A stretch of 64,000 nucleotides of DNA from an uncultured Candidatus Saccharibacteria bacterium (GTDB lineage: Bacteria; Patescibacteriota; Minisyncoccia; Phycocordibacterales; PALSA-1337), in NCBI GenBank assembly GCA_964412585.1, contig CAYPPJ010000001.1, positions 84,151 through 148,150 of the forward strand, written 5' to 3'. Made by a program: the position numbers and the translations under genes. Under the pieces are notes generated by a model. The model was not told the DNA's origin. It searched no databases and saw only the letters and a program-made list of their open reading frames with translations. Positions 35,767 to 44,782 of the stretch are shown piece by piece (the stretch's first letter is position 1; every line of letters begins with the position of its first letter).

Positions 35767-35968
35767 AGGATATTTTGAATATTTTCTCGACAGGCATCTC
35801 AAAGAAGCCAGCGATTTTAAGGGCGAGTAAAATTGACGGGGTGTAATTTCCTTTTTCCAAGGCAATGATGGTCTGGCGGCTAACATTCACCTGTGTCGCC
35901 AGATCTTCTTGGGTCACACCGGTTTCTGCGCGAAGCTTGCTCACTTCATTTTTGATGCGTTCTTTCAT
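35756..35968 (-). CDS. XRE-family (Cro/C1-type) helix-turn-helix transcriptional regulator, 70 aa
   Basis: TQEDLATQVNVSRQTIIALEKGNYTPS is a canonical HTH_XRE. Confidence 0.75.
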   Translation of the reverse strand: MKERIKNEVSKLRAETGVTQEDLATQVNVSRQTIIALEKGNYTPSILLALKIAGFFEMPVEKIFKISYEK

Positions 35969-36061
35969 ATGTTTGGGTAATGCTGATTATATATTCCAAC
36001 AGTTCAGATGTAAAGTTATCTTTACTTACAGAACGTGATGCAGACAAAGCGCCTGTGTGCT

Positions 36062-37252
36062 CTAGTGCTTATGCCCACTATGTTCAACATGCTCAAGCGC
36101 GTGAACTTCTTTTTCAATAAGCGTTTTATCGATACTAGAAACATCATCGCCTCGCCTCATAAGCAGCCAGACGGCGACACATGTGGTAATAGGCACGGCT
36201 AGAATAAGACCAATGCTGCCAATCATGGTACGAACTATTTCCGTGGCAAATATTTCTCGGTTGGCAATATTGGCAACACTTGCTGTCGAAGTTTGAGTAA
36301 ACAAAAGAAGCAGCGGCAATGACGCTCCTACATATGCAATGGCGAGTGTATTCACCAATGCGCCGATATGCTCTCGCCCGATACGGATCGCTCGCTGATA
36401 GATAATCCTCTTTGGCACATGAGGCGCAATGCGAATCAACTCCTCGACTGAAATAGCCTGGCCAATAGCAACGTCATACAGCACACCAAGAAGACCGATC
36501 ATAATGCCGCCAAGAAGAAGCCCGACAATATCAAGCGTGCCATTTGTATTTAGATTGAGATACGTGATTTCCTCAGAACCAAACCCACTTAGTCGCGTGA
36601 AATGAACCGCCCAGATAGCAAGAAGTCCGGTAATAATGACGGTAATAACCATACCAAGAACGGCTGAACTCGTCGTTTTATTAAACTTGTGCGTAATATA
36701 TGATCCAACAATAATGATGAGAGAGGACACGCCGATAGTGATAAGGAGTGGTGAATACCCGTGAAGAATGCCGGGAAGTAATACATACATGATCAAAAGC
36801 AGGCTACCAACCAGGCTCACGAGTCCGCGTACACCCTGAATGCCACCGAATACAAATAGAGCAATCACGAAAAGCCCGACAAGAATAAGTACCTGTGGCA
36901 GACGATATGGTTCGCCCACCGAATGAAAATCAAACCCGTCAAGTCCGCCATATTCATGTCTCAAATAAAAAACGTCACCGACATCTAGATTTAAGTAATC
37001 ATTATCTACCGTAATAATCTGACCTTCTTCTTTTCCCTCTAGAATTTTGATTTTGATTGTTTGATTGCTCGTCCGTATATCAGTCCCTGGCACATTTTTT
37101 TCCTCCTGTTTGAGTATTTCTACAACTTGGGCTTTGACTATATCAACAGTACTCGGCACCAGCTCCCCATCCTGATGGGCTGAGGCATAAACCGGCACGA
37201 AAACGCAAAGCGTAAAAAATACACCGAGTGTGATGTTGCGTAATCGTGTCAT
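36062..37252 (-). CDS. YibE/F-family polytopic membrane protein
   Basis: An N-terminal signal sequence and extracytoplasmic domain are followed by about eight TM helices. The sequence resembles the YibE/F family. Confidence 0.65.
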   Translation of the reverse strand: MTRLRNITLGVFFTLCVFVPVYASAHQDGELVPSTVDIVKAQVVEILKQEEKNVPGTDIRTSNQTIKIKILEGKEEGQIITVDNDYLNLDVGDVFYLRHEYGGLDGFDFHSVGEPYRLPQVLILVGLFVIALFVFGGIQGVRGLVSLVGSLLLIMYVLLPGILHGYSPLLITIGVSSLIIIVGSYITHKFNKTTSSAVLGMVITVIITGLLAIWAVHFTRLSGFGSEEITYLNLNTNGTLDIVGLLLGGIMIGLLGVLYDVAIGQAISVEELIRIAPHVPKRIIYQRAIRIGREHIGALVNTLAIAYVGASLPLLLLFTQTSTASVANIANREIFATEIVRTMIGSIGLILAVPITTCVAVWLLMRRGDDVSSIDKTLIEKEVHALEHVEHSGHKH

Positions 37253-37319
37253 GTGGTGATTTTAACATTTTCTCCTCCTTCTGACTAAACCCTTTACTTT
37301 TCAGGCGGTATAGTTTATT

Positions 37320-37667
37320 ATGCAAACTACTTGCATTATGAGAACAAACATAAACAAAGGAAAAATACTGGCACTGCTCAAGAAAAAGCATTTATTGACT
37401 ATTGCCGAGATTCACGCTGCATTACCTGATGCAGACTATTCGACGGTTTTTCGCAATGTTGAACAACTGCTCAAGGATAAAGAAATCAAGAAAGTGATGA
37501 TAGATAGCAAATCAATTGCCTACGAATCAGGGCAAGAAAGCCACGATCATTTTATTTGCACAGATTGCGGTACTGTTGAATCTATCCATATCCCCCACAC
37601 TTCGATTAAGGGTCATACGGTCGAAGATGTTACTGTCCGCGGTTCGTGTAATAAGTGCGCAGATTAA
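37320..37667 (+). CDS. Fur-family metalloregulator (Fur/Zur/PerR)
   Basis: A winged-helix N-terminus is followed by HDHFICTDCG...CNKC, a metal-binding His/Cys cluster typical of the Fur family. Confidence 0.75.
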   Translation: MQTTCIMRTNINKGKILALLKKKHLLTIAEIHAALPDADYSTVFRNVEQLLKDKEIKKVMIDSKSIAYESGQESHDHFICTDCGTVESIHIPHTSIKGHTVEDVTVRGSCNKCAD

Positions 37668-37670
37668 TAT

Positions 37671-38642
37671 ATGAGAATCGCCTTTGTAGGAAAAGGCGGG
37701 TCAGGTAAGAGCACTCTTTCTGCCTCATTCGCCACATATGTGTCCAAACAAAATACCAGACCGGTCGTTGTCTTTGACGCTGATCTCAATATCCATGCAC
37801 CAGAGCTCCTTGGATTTAATACTATCCCCTTTGAAAAACACCTTTCGCATCCCGTAGTGGCAAAATCCATACAGAAATGGCTCATTGGCAACAATGATAT
37901 TCAAAACCTTGGCGCATTCCGCAAATCAACACCGCCAACTCGTAAGTCGAATATTATCAACATCGAATCAATCAATGAGACTCCGCTACAATCATTTGGT
38001 CTACACGGGGGTAATCTTTCAGTCTTCGCCGTTGGAACATACCAGGAACAAGATATCGGAGCGAGTTGCTACCATAACAACCTTGCCATTCTCGAGAGCA
38101 TCTTGAACCATACAAATGACAAGAATGGGTACATAATCGCTGACATGGTCGCGGGGGTCGACTCATTTGCAGGGACACTCCATGCCCAGTTTGACCTCAC
38201 CTGCCTCATCGTCGAACCAACCATGAGGAGTGTCGAAGTGTACACAAGATATATTGAGCTTGCCACTGAAGCTGGCATCGCAGACAGTGTGCGAGTCATT
38301 GGCAATAAAATAAGAAATGATACGGATCGAGATTTTATCACGTCTCATATTCCGAAGAATAAAATCATTGGCTACTTCACTGACGACGAATATATTCGCA
38401 CTATTGATCAAGATGGGACCATACTTGATACCACAAAATTACTTACATCCAACCAGGAACTACTGAAAAACATCCTCACCATTCTTGATTCGTTGCCCGA
38501 TAGTCGAAATACGCGCCTAAAGAACTTGTGGAAGTTACATAAGAAATATGTAGCCCAAGGTTTTATTAAAGAACGCTTTGGTGACCTTACACATCAGATC
38601 GACTCTGATTTTTCATTTACCCATGAAGATGAAAACGAGTGA
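37671..38642 (+). CDS. CooC/MinD-family P-loop NTPase (SIMIBI class; metallochaperone-like)
   Basis: Deviant Walker A FVGKGGSGKST. VVVFDADLN, IIADMVAGVD and LIVEPTMRSVEV...VIGNKIRND align with CooC/AcsF. A partial Cys/His metal motif (GASCYH) sits where CooC has CxC. Confidence 0.7.
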   Translation: MRIAFVGKGGSGKSTLSASFATYVSKQNTRPVVVFDADLNIHAPELLGFNTIPFEKHLSHPVVAKSIQKWLIGNNDIQNLGAFRKSTPPTRKSNIINIESINETPLQSFGLHGGNLSVFAVGTYQEQDIGASCYHNNLAILESILNHTNDKNGYIIADMVAGVDSFAGTLHAQFDLTCLIVEPTMRSVEVYTRYIELATEAGIADSVRVIGNKIRNDTDRDFITSHIPKNKIIGYFTDDEYIRTIDQDGTILDTTKLLTSNQELLKNILTILDSLPDSRNTRLKNLWKLHKKYVAQGFIKERFGDLTHQIDSDFSFTHEDENE

Positions 38643-40092
38643 ACAAAAGGTGTTAAATACATTTGAGGGAAATACCGCTGTCCTTGATTTTCTCAATCCT
38701 GATAATGCTCCGTACGTTCCGCTGGTTGAAATTCCTGATCATGTAAATCCATATCGCAAAGATGGTATACGGGTGTTCGCGAAGCTCATGAACGCATTAC
38801 CACTCGCCAATATAAAATCACTACCGGCATATAATATGCTCGCGGAAAAAAAGAAGAACGGTAACCTTGAAGGTATTGATACAATTATTGAAAATTCTTC
38901 CGGAAATACTGTTTTTTCTCTAGCAGTAATTGCCAAATTAATGGGAATACACCACACAAAAGGTATATGCTCACATCAGGTGAGTATCGGAAAACTAAAT
39001 CTACTGCGATTTCTCGGCACTGAAGTCATTGTGAATGAAGAACCTATCTGTCCCGATCCGAATGACCCGACAAGTGGAATCTACAAGGCAAAACTGTGGT
39101 CCAAGGAAAATGGCTGGTTTAACCCTGGACAATATGACAATGAAGCAAATCCTGAAGCTCACTATAAATGGACTGGGCCACAAATCTGGGAGCAGACGGG
39201 AGGCAAAGTATCACTTGTTAGTATTGGTCTTGGCACAACTGGATCAGTTGTCGGTATTGGAACATATCTCAAGGAAAAGAATCCGGGCGTTGAAATAGTC
39301 GGCGTATCCCGTATCGCCAATAACCCTGTCCCTGGAGTACGGACACACAACCTGCTTCAGGAAATCGCTTTTGACTGGAAATCTATACTAGACCATCAGG
39401 AAGAAGTTGGTACATCCGAGTCATTCAAGATGTCGATGGAGTTATGCCGTTCGGGACTTTTTGTTGGACCGAGCTCGGGCTTTGCCTTGGTTGGATTATT
39501 CAATCACCTTTCAAAACAAAAACGTACGAACGAAGAAAAGATTGCGGTATTTGTTTGCCCTGATAGTCCATTTCCGTACATTGATGAATATTTTCAATAC
39601 CTTGACCCTTCCGCATTTCCAAAAATTGAAAATGAGCATCTGCTTAGGGAAAAAAATCATACGCCAGTATCACACAGTCCTACCGTTAAAGAATACCCTC
39701 CCGAACACGTTTTCAATCTTGTATTTGAAGGTACTCCCGAACACATTTGGAAAAAAATAAAACGCAAAGAAAGCATACATCTCATAAAAGGTTATAATAT
39801 CATCGACATTCGCAACGAAGGTGAATATGAAGATCATCATATACCAGAATCAATCCATGTCCCCTTTCATAGCCTTGATGACTATCTCAAGAAAAACAAA
39901 AAGAAACTCACAAAAAATAAGGCGGTAATATTTGTTTGCAGACATGGCAATACGAGCCGTCTGGCCGCCTACAAAGCTGAGCAGGTAGGTATTGCTTCAA
40001 TGAGTCTCAAGGGTGGTGATGCTGAGTGGAGTCGACTTAATCTGCCAAGAATTAGATCGGAAAAATGTATTACCAGATTCGACCTGCAATAG
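38623..40092 (+). CDS. Cysteine-synthase-family (fold-type II PLP) enzyme fused to a C-terminal rhodanese domain
   Basis: The CysK-like region has the putative PLP lysine (LANIKSLPAYN), an SGNT motif (ENSSGNTVFS) and a Gly-rich loop (GLGTTGSVVGIG). The C-terminal rhodanese domain has the active-site loop CRHGNTS. The start overlaps the preceding gene. Confidence 0.7.
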   Translation: MKMKTSEQKVLNTFEGNTAVLDFLNPDNAPYVPLVEIPDHVNPYRKDGIRVFAKLMNALPLANIKSLPAYNMLAEKKKNGNLEGIDTIIENSSGNTVFSLAVIAKLMGIHHTKGICSHQVSIGKLNLLRFLGTEVIVNEEPICPDPNDPTSGIYKAKLWSKENGWFNPGQYDNEANPEAHYKWTGPQIWEQTGGKVSLVSIGLGTTGSVVGIGTYLKEKNPGVEIVGVSRIANNPVPGVRTHNLLQEIAFDWKSILDHQEEVGTSESFKMSMELCRSGLFVGPSSGFALVGLFNHLSKQKRTNEEKIAVFVCPDSPFPYIDEYFQYLDPSAFPKIENEHLLREKNHTPVSHSPTVKEYPPEHVFNLVFEGTPEHIWKKIKRKESIHLIKGYNIIDIRNEGEYEDHHIPESIHVPFHSLDDYLKKNKKKLTKNKAVIFVCRHGNTSRLAAYKAEQVGIASMSLKGGDAEWSRLNLPRIRSEKCITRFDLQ

Positions 40093-40203
40093 ATTTTTCC
40101 TCATCTATGGTTGACTTCATCCGTAAAATGTGCTACTATACCAGTCGTAATAATTTTGTTTTTTGGCAGTTAAACCTATCACCCACAACGAAAGGATGGA
40201 GCC

Positions 40204-40638
40204 GTGGAATTCAAATCAACATACAAACGTCCCTGTCTCGCAACTTCCCCCACAGGGAAATCGGGTGTCATCATTCTGATAAGTGGCATCTCGACTGCTG
40301 AGTTTCAAAGCCAGGAAAAAGGCAGAGAGATTCTCAAGGAACTCGTCGCGGGAGACCTGGTCTCTGCGCACGACGGAGAACGCATTGAGGACCACCTGAA
40401 TGCTTCGGATCTGCCGGCAACCGAGCAGAAAGAAGATCCCCGTGGCTTATCTTCTTCCATACTCCTACTTGCAGTGTTGGGAGCAATTCTCGAACACCAC
40501 TCCACAGGATCGGACGTGCACTCGCATAAGTGTCCGAAATGTGGTACCACCTGGGACCACGACGGTTCAAAGTTGGATGGTCGCGATGCGGCACACAAAT
40601 GCCCGAAATGCGGTCACGAGCAGTGGGAGAGGGTTTGA
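40204..40638 (+). CDS. Hypothetical protein with a C-terminal duplicated CPKCG zinc ribbon (GC-rich islet)
   Basis: HKCPKCGTTWDHDGSKLDGRDAAHKCPKCGHEQWERV gives two CxxC pairs. Local GC is about 55% against a window average near 43-45%. The antisense ORFs here are probably GC artefacts. Confidence 0.4.
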   Translation: MEFKSTYKRPCLATSPTGKSGVIILISGISTAEFQSQEKGREILKELVAGDLVSAHDGERIEDHLNASDLPATEQKEDPRGLSSSILLLAVLGAILEHHSTGSDVHSHKCPKCGTTWDHDGSKLDGRDAAHKCPKCGHEQWERV

Positions 40639-40783
40639 TAAGGGATCAAGAAGTACACCCGCTCGCGATAGTTCCAATGAAGGACTCGCCGTAGCGGGTT
40701 TTTCATTTGCATAAATATTGACAAATCTTTTTAAATATGCTTTCATGTGGTAAACAGTTCGGTGAAACCCCAAATAACATTCT

Positions 40784-41476
40784 ATGAGAAAACGACTATT
40801 CCGTTGGCTCCCAAGCCAGCTCCCCCTTAAGGAGCGAATCAAGAAGGTGTGGGAGATGCTTTTCAAATGCGGCTTATTGATTGTCTTTCCCCTCTTCCCA
40901 GCGGCCGGAAGTGCTGCCATTTGGTACTACGCGATATTCCAAAAGCATCGCCATTTCGATGAGCACATGGAAAACATCATTAGCTCAGCGTGGATACCCA
41001 CGTTCGGCGTGTTGTATTCCCTGCTGGCTGCTGTAGTGTTCACATCTGTGTGGAACGAGTATAAGACAATCCGGGCCGTCGTCAAACGGTACGACCTAGA
41101 AACCTTTCTCGATCTACGTGACGAGGAGATGTCACCGTTGGTATACGCGATGATGACAGTCTTCTCACTCGCCATACTCACCGGATTCATGTCACTCAAG
41201 TATCCGTCGGCGCTTGGTGGCATCCTCATCACGTCGAGCACTGCGTATCTGCTGAGTCTCATTTTCTTCGTGATTGTAGAAATTGATGACCCATGTGGGG
41301 GCATTTGGTTCATTCAGAACATACACGATGAATGGCTGAAAATAGACGTCAAAAAATGGCGACGGAAGCGTCACGAGAAGGAACGTCGAAAGTTTGAGGG
41401 AGAACTCTGCGAACATAACGGCAGGGTTACCCTCACCGGAACCGTGGAGAATGGGGTGACGGCACCTCGCTTCTGA
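40784..41476 (+). CDS. Hypothetical polytopic membrane protein (230 aa)
   Basis: Four to five TM helices and a basic C-terminal tail ([14 protein letters not shown]). A very strong terminator follows. Confidence 0.5.
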   Translation: MRKRLFRWLPSQLPLKERIKKVWEMLFKCGLLIVFPLFPAAGSAAIWYYAIFQKHRHFDEHMENIISSAWIPTFGVLYSLLAAVVFTSVWNEYKTIRAVVKRYDLETFLDLRDEEMSPLVYAMMTVFSLAILTGFMSLKYPSALGGILITSSTAYLLSLIFFVIVEIDDPCGGIWFIQNIHDEWLKIDVKKWRRKRHEKERRKFEGELCEHNGRVTLTGTVENGVTAPRF

Positions 41477-41493
41477 AACTACATTCCCGACCA

Positions 41494-41525
41494 CCCGCCC
41501 TTGGCAACAAGGGCGGGTTTTTGTA
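41494..41525 (+). terminator. Rho-independent terminator
   Basis: CCCGCCCTT-ggcaac-AAGGGCGGG forms a 9-bp perfect stem and is followed by TTTTTGT. Confidence 0.8.
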
Positions 41526-41571
41526 TCGAGACATATCTTTCTTACGTAAATACAAGTGCTATACTGTACCT

Positions 41572-41895
41572 ATGAACCACGACAACATAACTACAGCCTT
41601 TGAGCTCTCAGGCAAGAAGATTACAAAAAATTTAGGTGTGGTACGAGGCATCATCGTACGATCACGATCTATTATTGGTAGTATCGGTGGCTCTATCCAA
41701 ACCATTTTTGGTGGCAATATTACCCTCTTTTCAGAGCTCTGTGAAAAGACGCGTGAAGATGCCTACGAACTCATGGTAAAACACGCTCAAGAAAAAGGCG
41801 CCAATGCCATCATCGGCGTTCGCTATGATGCGACTGAACTTATGCAAGGTGTGACCGAAGTTTTGTGTTACGGAACAGCGGTTGTTGTTGAATAG
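41572..41895 (+). CDS. UPF0145/YbjQ-family protein (heavy-metal-binding-like domain)
   Basis: [31 protein letters not shown]...[10 protein letters not shown] is characteristic of YbjQ/DUF74. Start chosen at MNHDNITT. Confidence 0.7.
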   Translation: MNHDNITTAFELSGKKITKNLGVVRGIIVRSRSIIGSIGGSIQTIFGGNITLFSELCEKTREDAYELMVKHAQEKGANAIIGVRYDATELMQGVTEVLCYGTAVVVE

Positions 41896-41896
41896 G

Positions 41897-42970
41897 TCAA
41901 TTCACCTTCTCCAAGTGCATAGTGGCCACGAAGTCTCCTGGAAGTACTTGTGTAGCCATCGCCGCAATACCTTTGTTTGAGGTAATGCCACGAATACACG
42001 AGCGCACATCCTTTTGCGGACCATCACCCTTATCCTTGCACTGATTTATGAGACCAAGAATATCGTAACCAAATGCAGCTCCAAAGTTTGGTTCTTTACC
42101 AAATTTCGATACATACTTTTGTCGAAAAGCCGCAGATTCTGGGCTATCAAGTGAAAAATCATAGGAGGTTGAATAGAATGGTATGCCTTTGACTTGCTCA
42201 CGATTGCCCGCGTCAGCAAATACCGCACTGGTCTCGACGAGAGGCATAGTCAGACCAAGTCGAGCATAGGTCTTCACTATACCTACTGCTTCACCAGGAG
42301 TCGCCGGAACAATAAGGAGAACGTCAGCACCTGACGCTTTGACTTTTGAAAGATGCGTAGAAAAATCAGTCTCTGCAGGTTTGAAGGACTCCATAAAGAC
42401 TATCTCCTTGGCATACTGAGCGCTCAAGGCTCTAATTTCATCTTTTACTGATCCACCTAACTCATCATTACGATAGAGGACAGCAATCTTCCGTGCGTTT
42501 TGTACCGGTGACATCGAACTGGTAAATGATGGGCCGGCATAGTGGGCCGGGTCGGTATAGTAACGAATTGTGTAGTCATTGACGATGACCGAGGAGCTGG
42601 CTGCGACCAGTGTCACCAGCAATGGAATTTTCTTTTCAAGTGCCACCTTGGAAAGTGGGACACTTACCGCTGATATCTCAGAGAGCATCAGATTGACGCC
42701 CTGCTCCTGAAGACGATTGAAAGCAGAAACTCCGTCAGCCGGGGCACCTTTGGTATCCTCATAGAGAATTTTGATGCCAGGCGTCTCTGCCAATGCAAGT
42801 TCCATGCCATTCTTAACCGTCTCACCCCAGAGTGCTGCGGGGCCAGTGAGTGGTAAGGCAGCGCCAACTACAAAGTCAGCGTTAGTCGCCGGAGGAGTAC
42901 TCGGCGCATTGAAAATTGCAATCAGTACAATGATAATGACAATAACGACTGCTGTAATTATTTTTTTCAT
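41897..42970 (-). CDS. Periplasmic-binding-protein type I (LivJ/LivK-like branched-chain amino-acid ABC substrate-binding protein), orphan
   Basis: An N-terminal lipoprotein or signal-anchor is followed by an ANF-receptor / PBP1 fold (LPLTGPAALWGE...). No adjacent permease or ATPase genes. Confidence 0.7.
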   Translation of the reverse strand: MKKIITAVVIVIIIVLIAIFNAPSTPPATNADFVVGAALPLTGPAALWGETVKNGMELALAETPGIKILYEDTKGAPADGVSAFNRLQEQGVNLMLSEISAVSVPLSKVALEKKIPLLVTLVAASSSVIVNDYTIRYYTDPAHYAGPSFTSSMSPVQNARKIAVLYRNDELGGSVKDEIRALSAQYAKEIVFMESFKPAETDFSTHLSKVKASGADVLLIVPATPGEAVGIVKTYARLGLTMPLVETSAVFADAGNREQVKGIPFYSTSYDFSLDSPESAAFRQKYVSKFGKEPNFGAAFGYDILGLINQCKDKGDGPQKDVRSCIRGITSNKGIAAMATQVLPGDFVATMHLEKVN

Positions 42971-43018
42971 GATAGGAAAATGGTACCACTTGAGGTACCA
43001 TTTGCCAACTACTTCTTT

Positions 43019-43141
43019 TCATCTTTACCACCCTTGTCTCCTTTGCCTCCCTTCTTATCGTCCTTTTTCTTGTGAGAACTGCCGTAGAATAAAATAACAA
43101 GCACAACAATTATTATAACTACTGTTTCCATGGTATTAGTA
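43019..43141 (-). CDS. Possible 40-aa peptide: hydrophobic helix plus lysine-rich tail
   Basis: METVVIIIVVLVILFYGSSHKKKDDKKGGKGDKGGKDEKK lies immediately upstream of the SBP gene on the same strand. It is below the ORF-track cutoff. Confidence 0.3.
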
Positions 43142-43230
43142 TACCCTAAAACAGTAGACCCATGAAGTTATGCACATATAGATTGTCTCAAATAAACACA
43201 TAAATATAGTACAATATACTCATACACGCC

Positions 43231-43581
43231 ATGCAATCCCCGAAACCGTATCGCGAAGAGCGACCTTGGGGGGAGTTTGTTGAGTTTACTCACAACACCC
43301 CTTCAACAGTCAAAATTATAACCGTTAATGCTGGTCAAGAATTTAGCCTGCAAACACATCACAAAAGAGATGAATTTTGGCACGTGATCTCAGGTGACGG
43401 AACAATGATTATTGGGGACAAAACTATTCCCATCAAAAAGGGTGACAATGATTTTATCCCAAAAGAAACTCAGCATCGTATTACTGCAGGCACCTCAAAC
43501 GTGGTCGTACTTGAGGTTTCATTTGGAGATTTTGATGAACACGATATAACTCGGCTCGAGGATAAGTATGGTAGATCTTAA
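43231..43581 (+). CDS. Cupin-type mannose-6-phosphate isomerase (type II PMI C-terminal cupin, standalone)
   Basis: RPWGEFVEF...VKIITVNAGQEFSLQTHHKRDEFWHVISGDG is the ManC C-terminal cupin signature. Confidence 0.65.
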   Translation: MQSPKPYREERPWGEFVEFTHNTPSTVKIITVNAGQEFSLQTHHKRDEFWHVISGDGTMIIGDKTIPIKKGDNDFIPKETQHRITAGTSNVVVLEVSFGDFDEHDITRLEDKYGRS

Positions 43582-43596
43582 CCAATACCGCTGCAT

Positions 43597-44754
43597 TTGC
43601 ACCGCAGCATTTCAATGAACGTAACACCCGACTACTCCCCCTTTGTCATAGCATTCTTTTCATTGGCGATTGCCGTTGCCATCGGAGTAACCTGGTATCT
43701 TTTTTATACATGGAAACGTGGTAGTTCAAAAAAACAGCGTACTGACCACAAAGTACAGCGACACCACGCAAACCCTGTCATGTCCCCACGCCCACACCAA
43801 GAGTGGGAGGCCAACGGCACATTCAATCCTGCCGCCGTCGAAGATGATGCGGGACGAGTCCACCTCCTCTATCGTGCTATTGGCGCCGACGGACTTTCAC
43901 ATATCGGGCACGCATCAAGTCCTGATGGCGTAACTTTTGATCGCCGTTCATCATTTCCGGTATATCAACCAGATATCGAAGAAAAAAGACCCGGGGACTC
44001 AAAGCCAACAGGTCCAACAGAGTATAATCCGACACTCTATTACTCAGGTGGTGGCTGGGGTGGTCATGAAGATCCACGAGCAGTACAGATCGATGGCCGA
44101 GTGTATATGACCTATACCGCTTTTCAAGGATGGGATTCAGTTCGTATTGCGCTTACTTCGATCGATCTTAAGGATCTGAAAAAAGAACGCTGGAATTGGA
44201 AAAAACCGAAACTCATTTCTCCGCCAGGCGAAGTGCACAAGAACTGGGTTCTCTTTCCTGAAAAAATTAACGGAAAATTTGCCATTTTACATGCTGTGTC
44301 ACCACAAATCCTGATCGACTATGTCGATAATATTGACGATCCCCACCCCTTGAAACATATCAAGAGTAAACCACCAAAAGGTGGCCGAGAGGGGCATTGG
44401 GACAACTGGATGCGCGGCGCAGGAGCTCCACCACTACGGACTGATCTCGGCTGGCTTCTTCTCTATCATGCCATGGACAAGCGTGATCCCAATAAATACA
44501 AGCTCGGCGTCATGATCCTTGATATCAATGATCCGACTCGTGTCCTCTATCGCTCCCCTGGCCCCGTTCTTTCACCAGAGGCATGTTATGAAAATGATGG
44601 TAAACCTGGTGTCGTGTACGCATCTGGAGCACTTATTCGTGATGGCCAACTGCATGTATATTATGGTGGCGGCGACAAACATGTATGTGTCGCAAAAACT
44701 CCACTCAAAGGGCTTCTTGATTGGATGGTCACGTACGGTACGCATACAAGCTAG
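43597..44754 (+). CDS. Glycoside hydrolase family 130 (beta-mannoside phosphorylase-like) with N-terminal TM anchor
   Basis: FNPAAV, LLYRA, HEDPRAV and MTYTAFQG are GH130 / DUF377 five-bladed-propeller signatures. A single TM helix precedes the domain. Confidence 0.75.
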   Translation: MHRSISMNVTPDYSPFVIAFFSLAIAVAIGVTWYLFYTWKRGSSKKQRTDHKVQRHHANPVMSPRPHQEWEANGTFNPAAVEDDAGRVHLLYRAIGADGLSHIGHASSPDGVTFDRRSSFPVYQPDIEEKRPGDSKPTGPTEYNPTLYYSGGGWGGHEDPRAVQIDGRVYMTYTAFQGWDSVRIALTSIDLKDLKKERWNWKKPKLISPPGEVHKNWVLFPEKINGKFAILHAVSPQILIDYVDNIDDPHPLKHIKSKPPKGGREGHWDNWMRGAGAPPLRTDLGWLLLYHAMDKRDPNKYKLGVMILDINDPTRVLYRSPGPVLSPEACYENDGKPGVVYASGALIRDGQLHVYYGGGDKHVCVAKTPLKGLLDWMVTYGTHTS

Positions 44755-44782
44755 CCACCTGCGCATGATATAATCACTCTAT

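Noticed and set aside
40305-40598. Two minus-strand ORFs (97 and 86 aa) antisense to the zinc-ribbon ORF
   Set aside because: This is a GC-rich stretch where every frame stays open. The plus frame carries a duplicated CPKCG motif that argues for selection. The antisense frames are Pro/Arg/Ser-rich.
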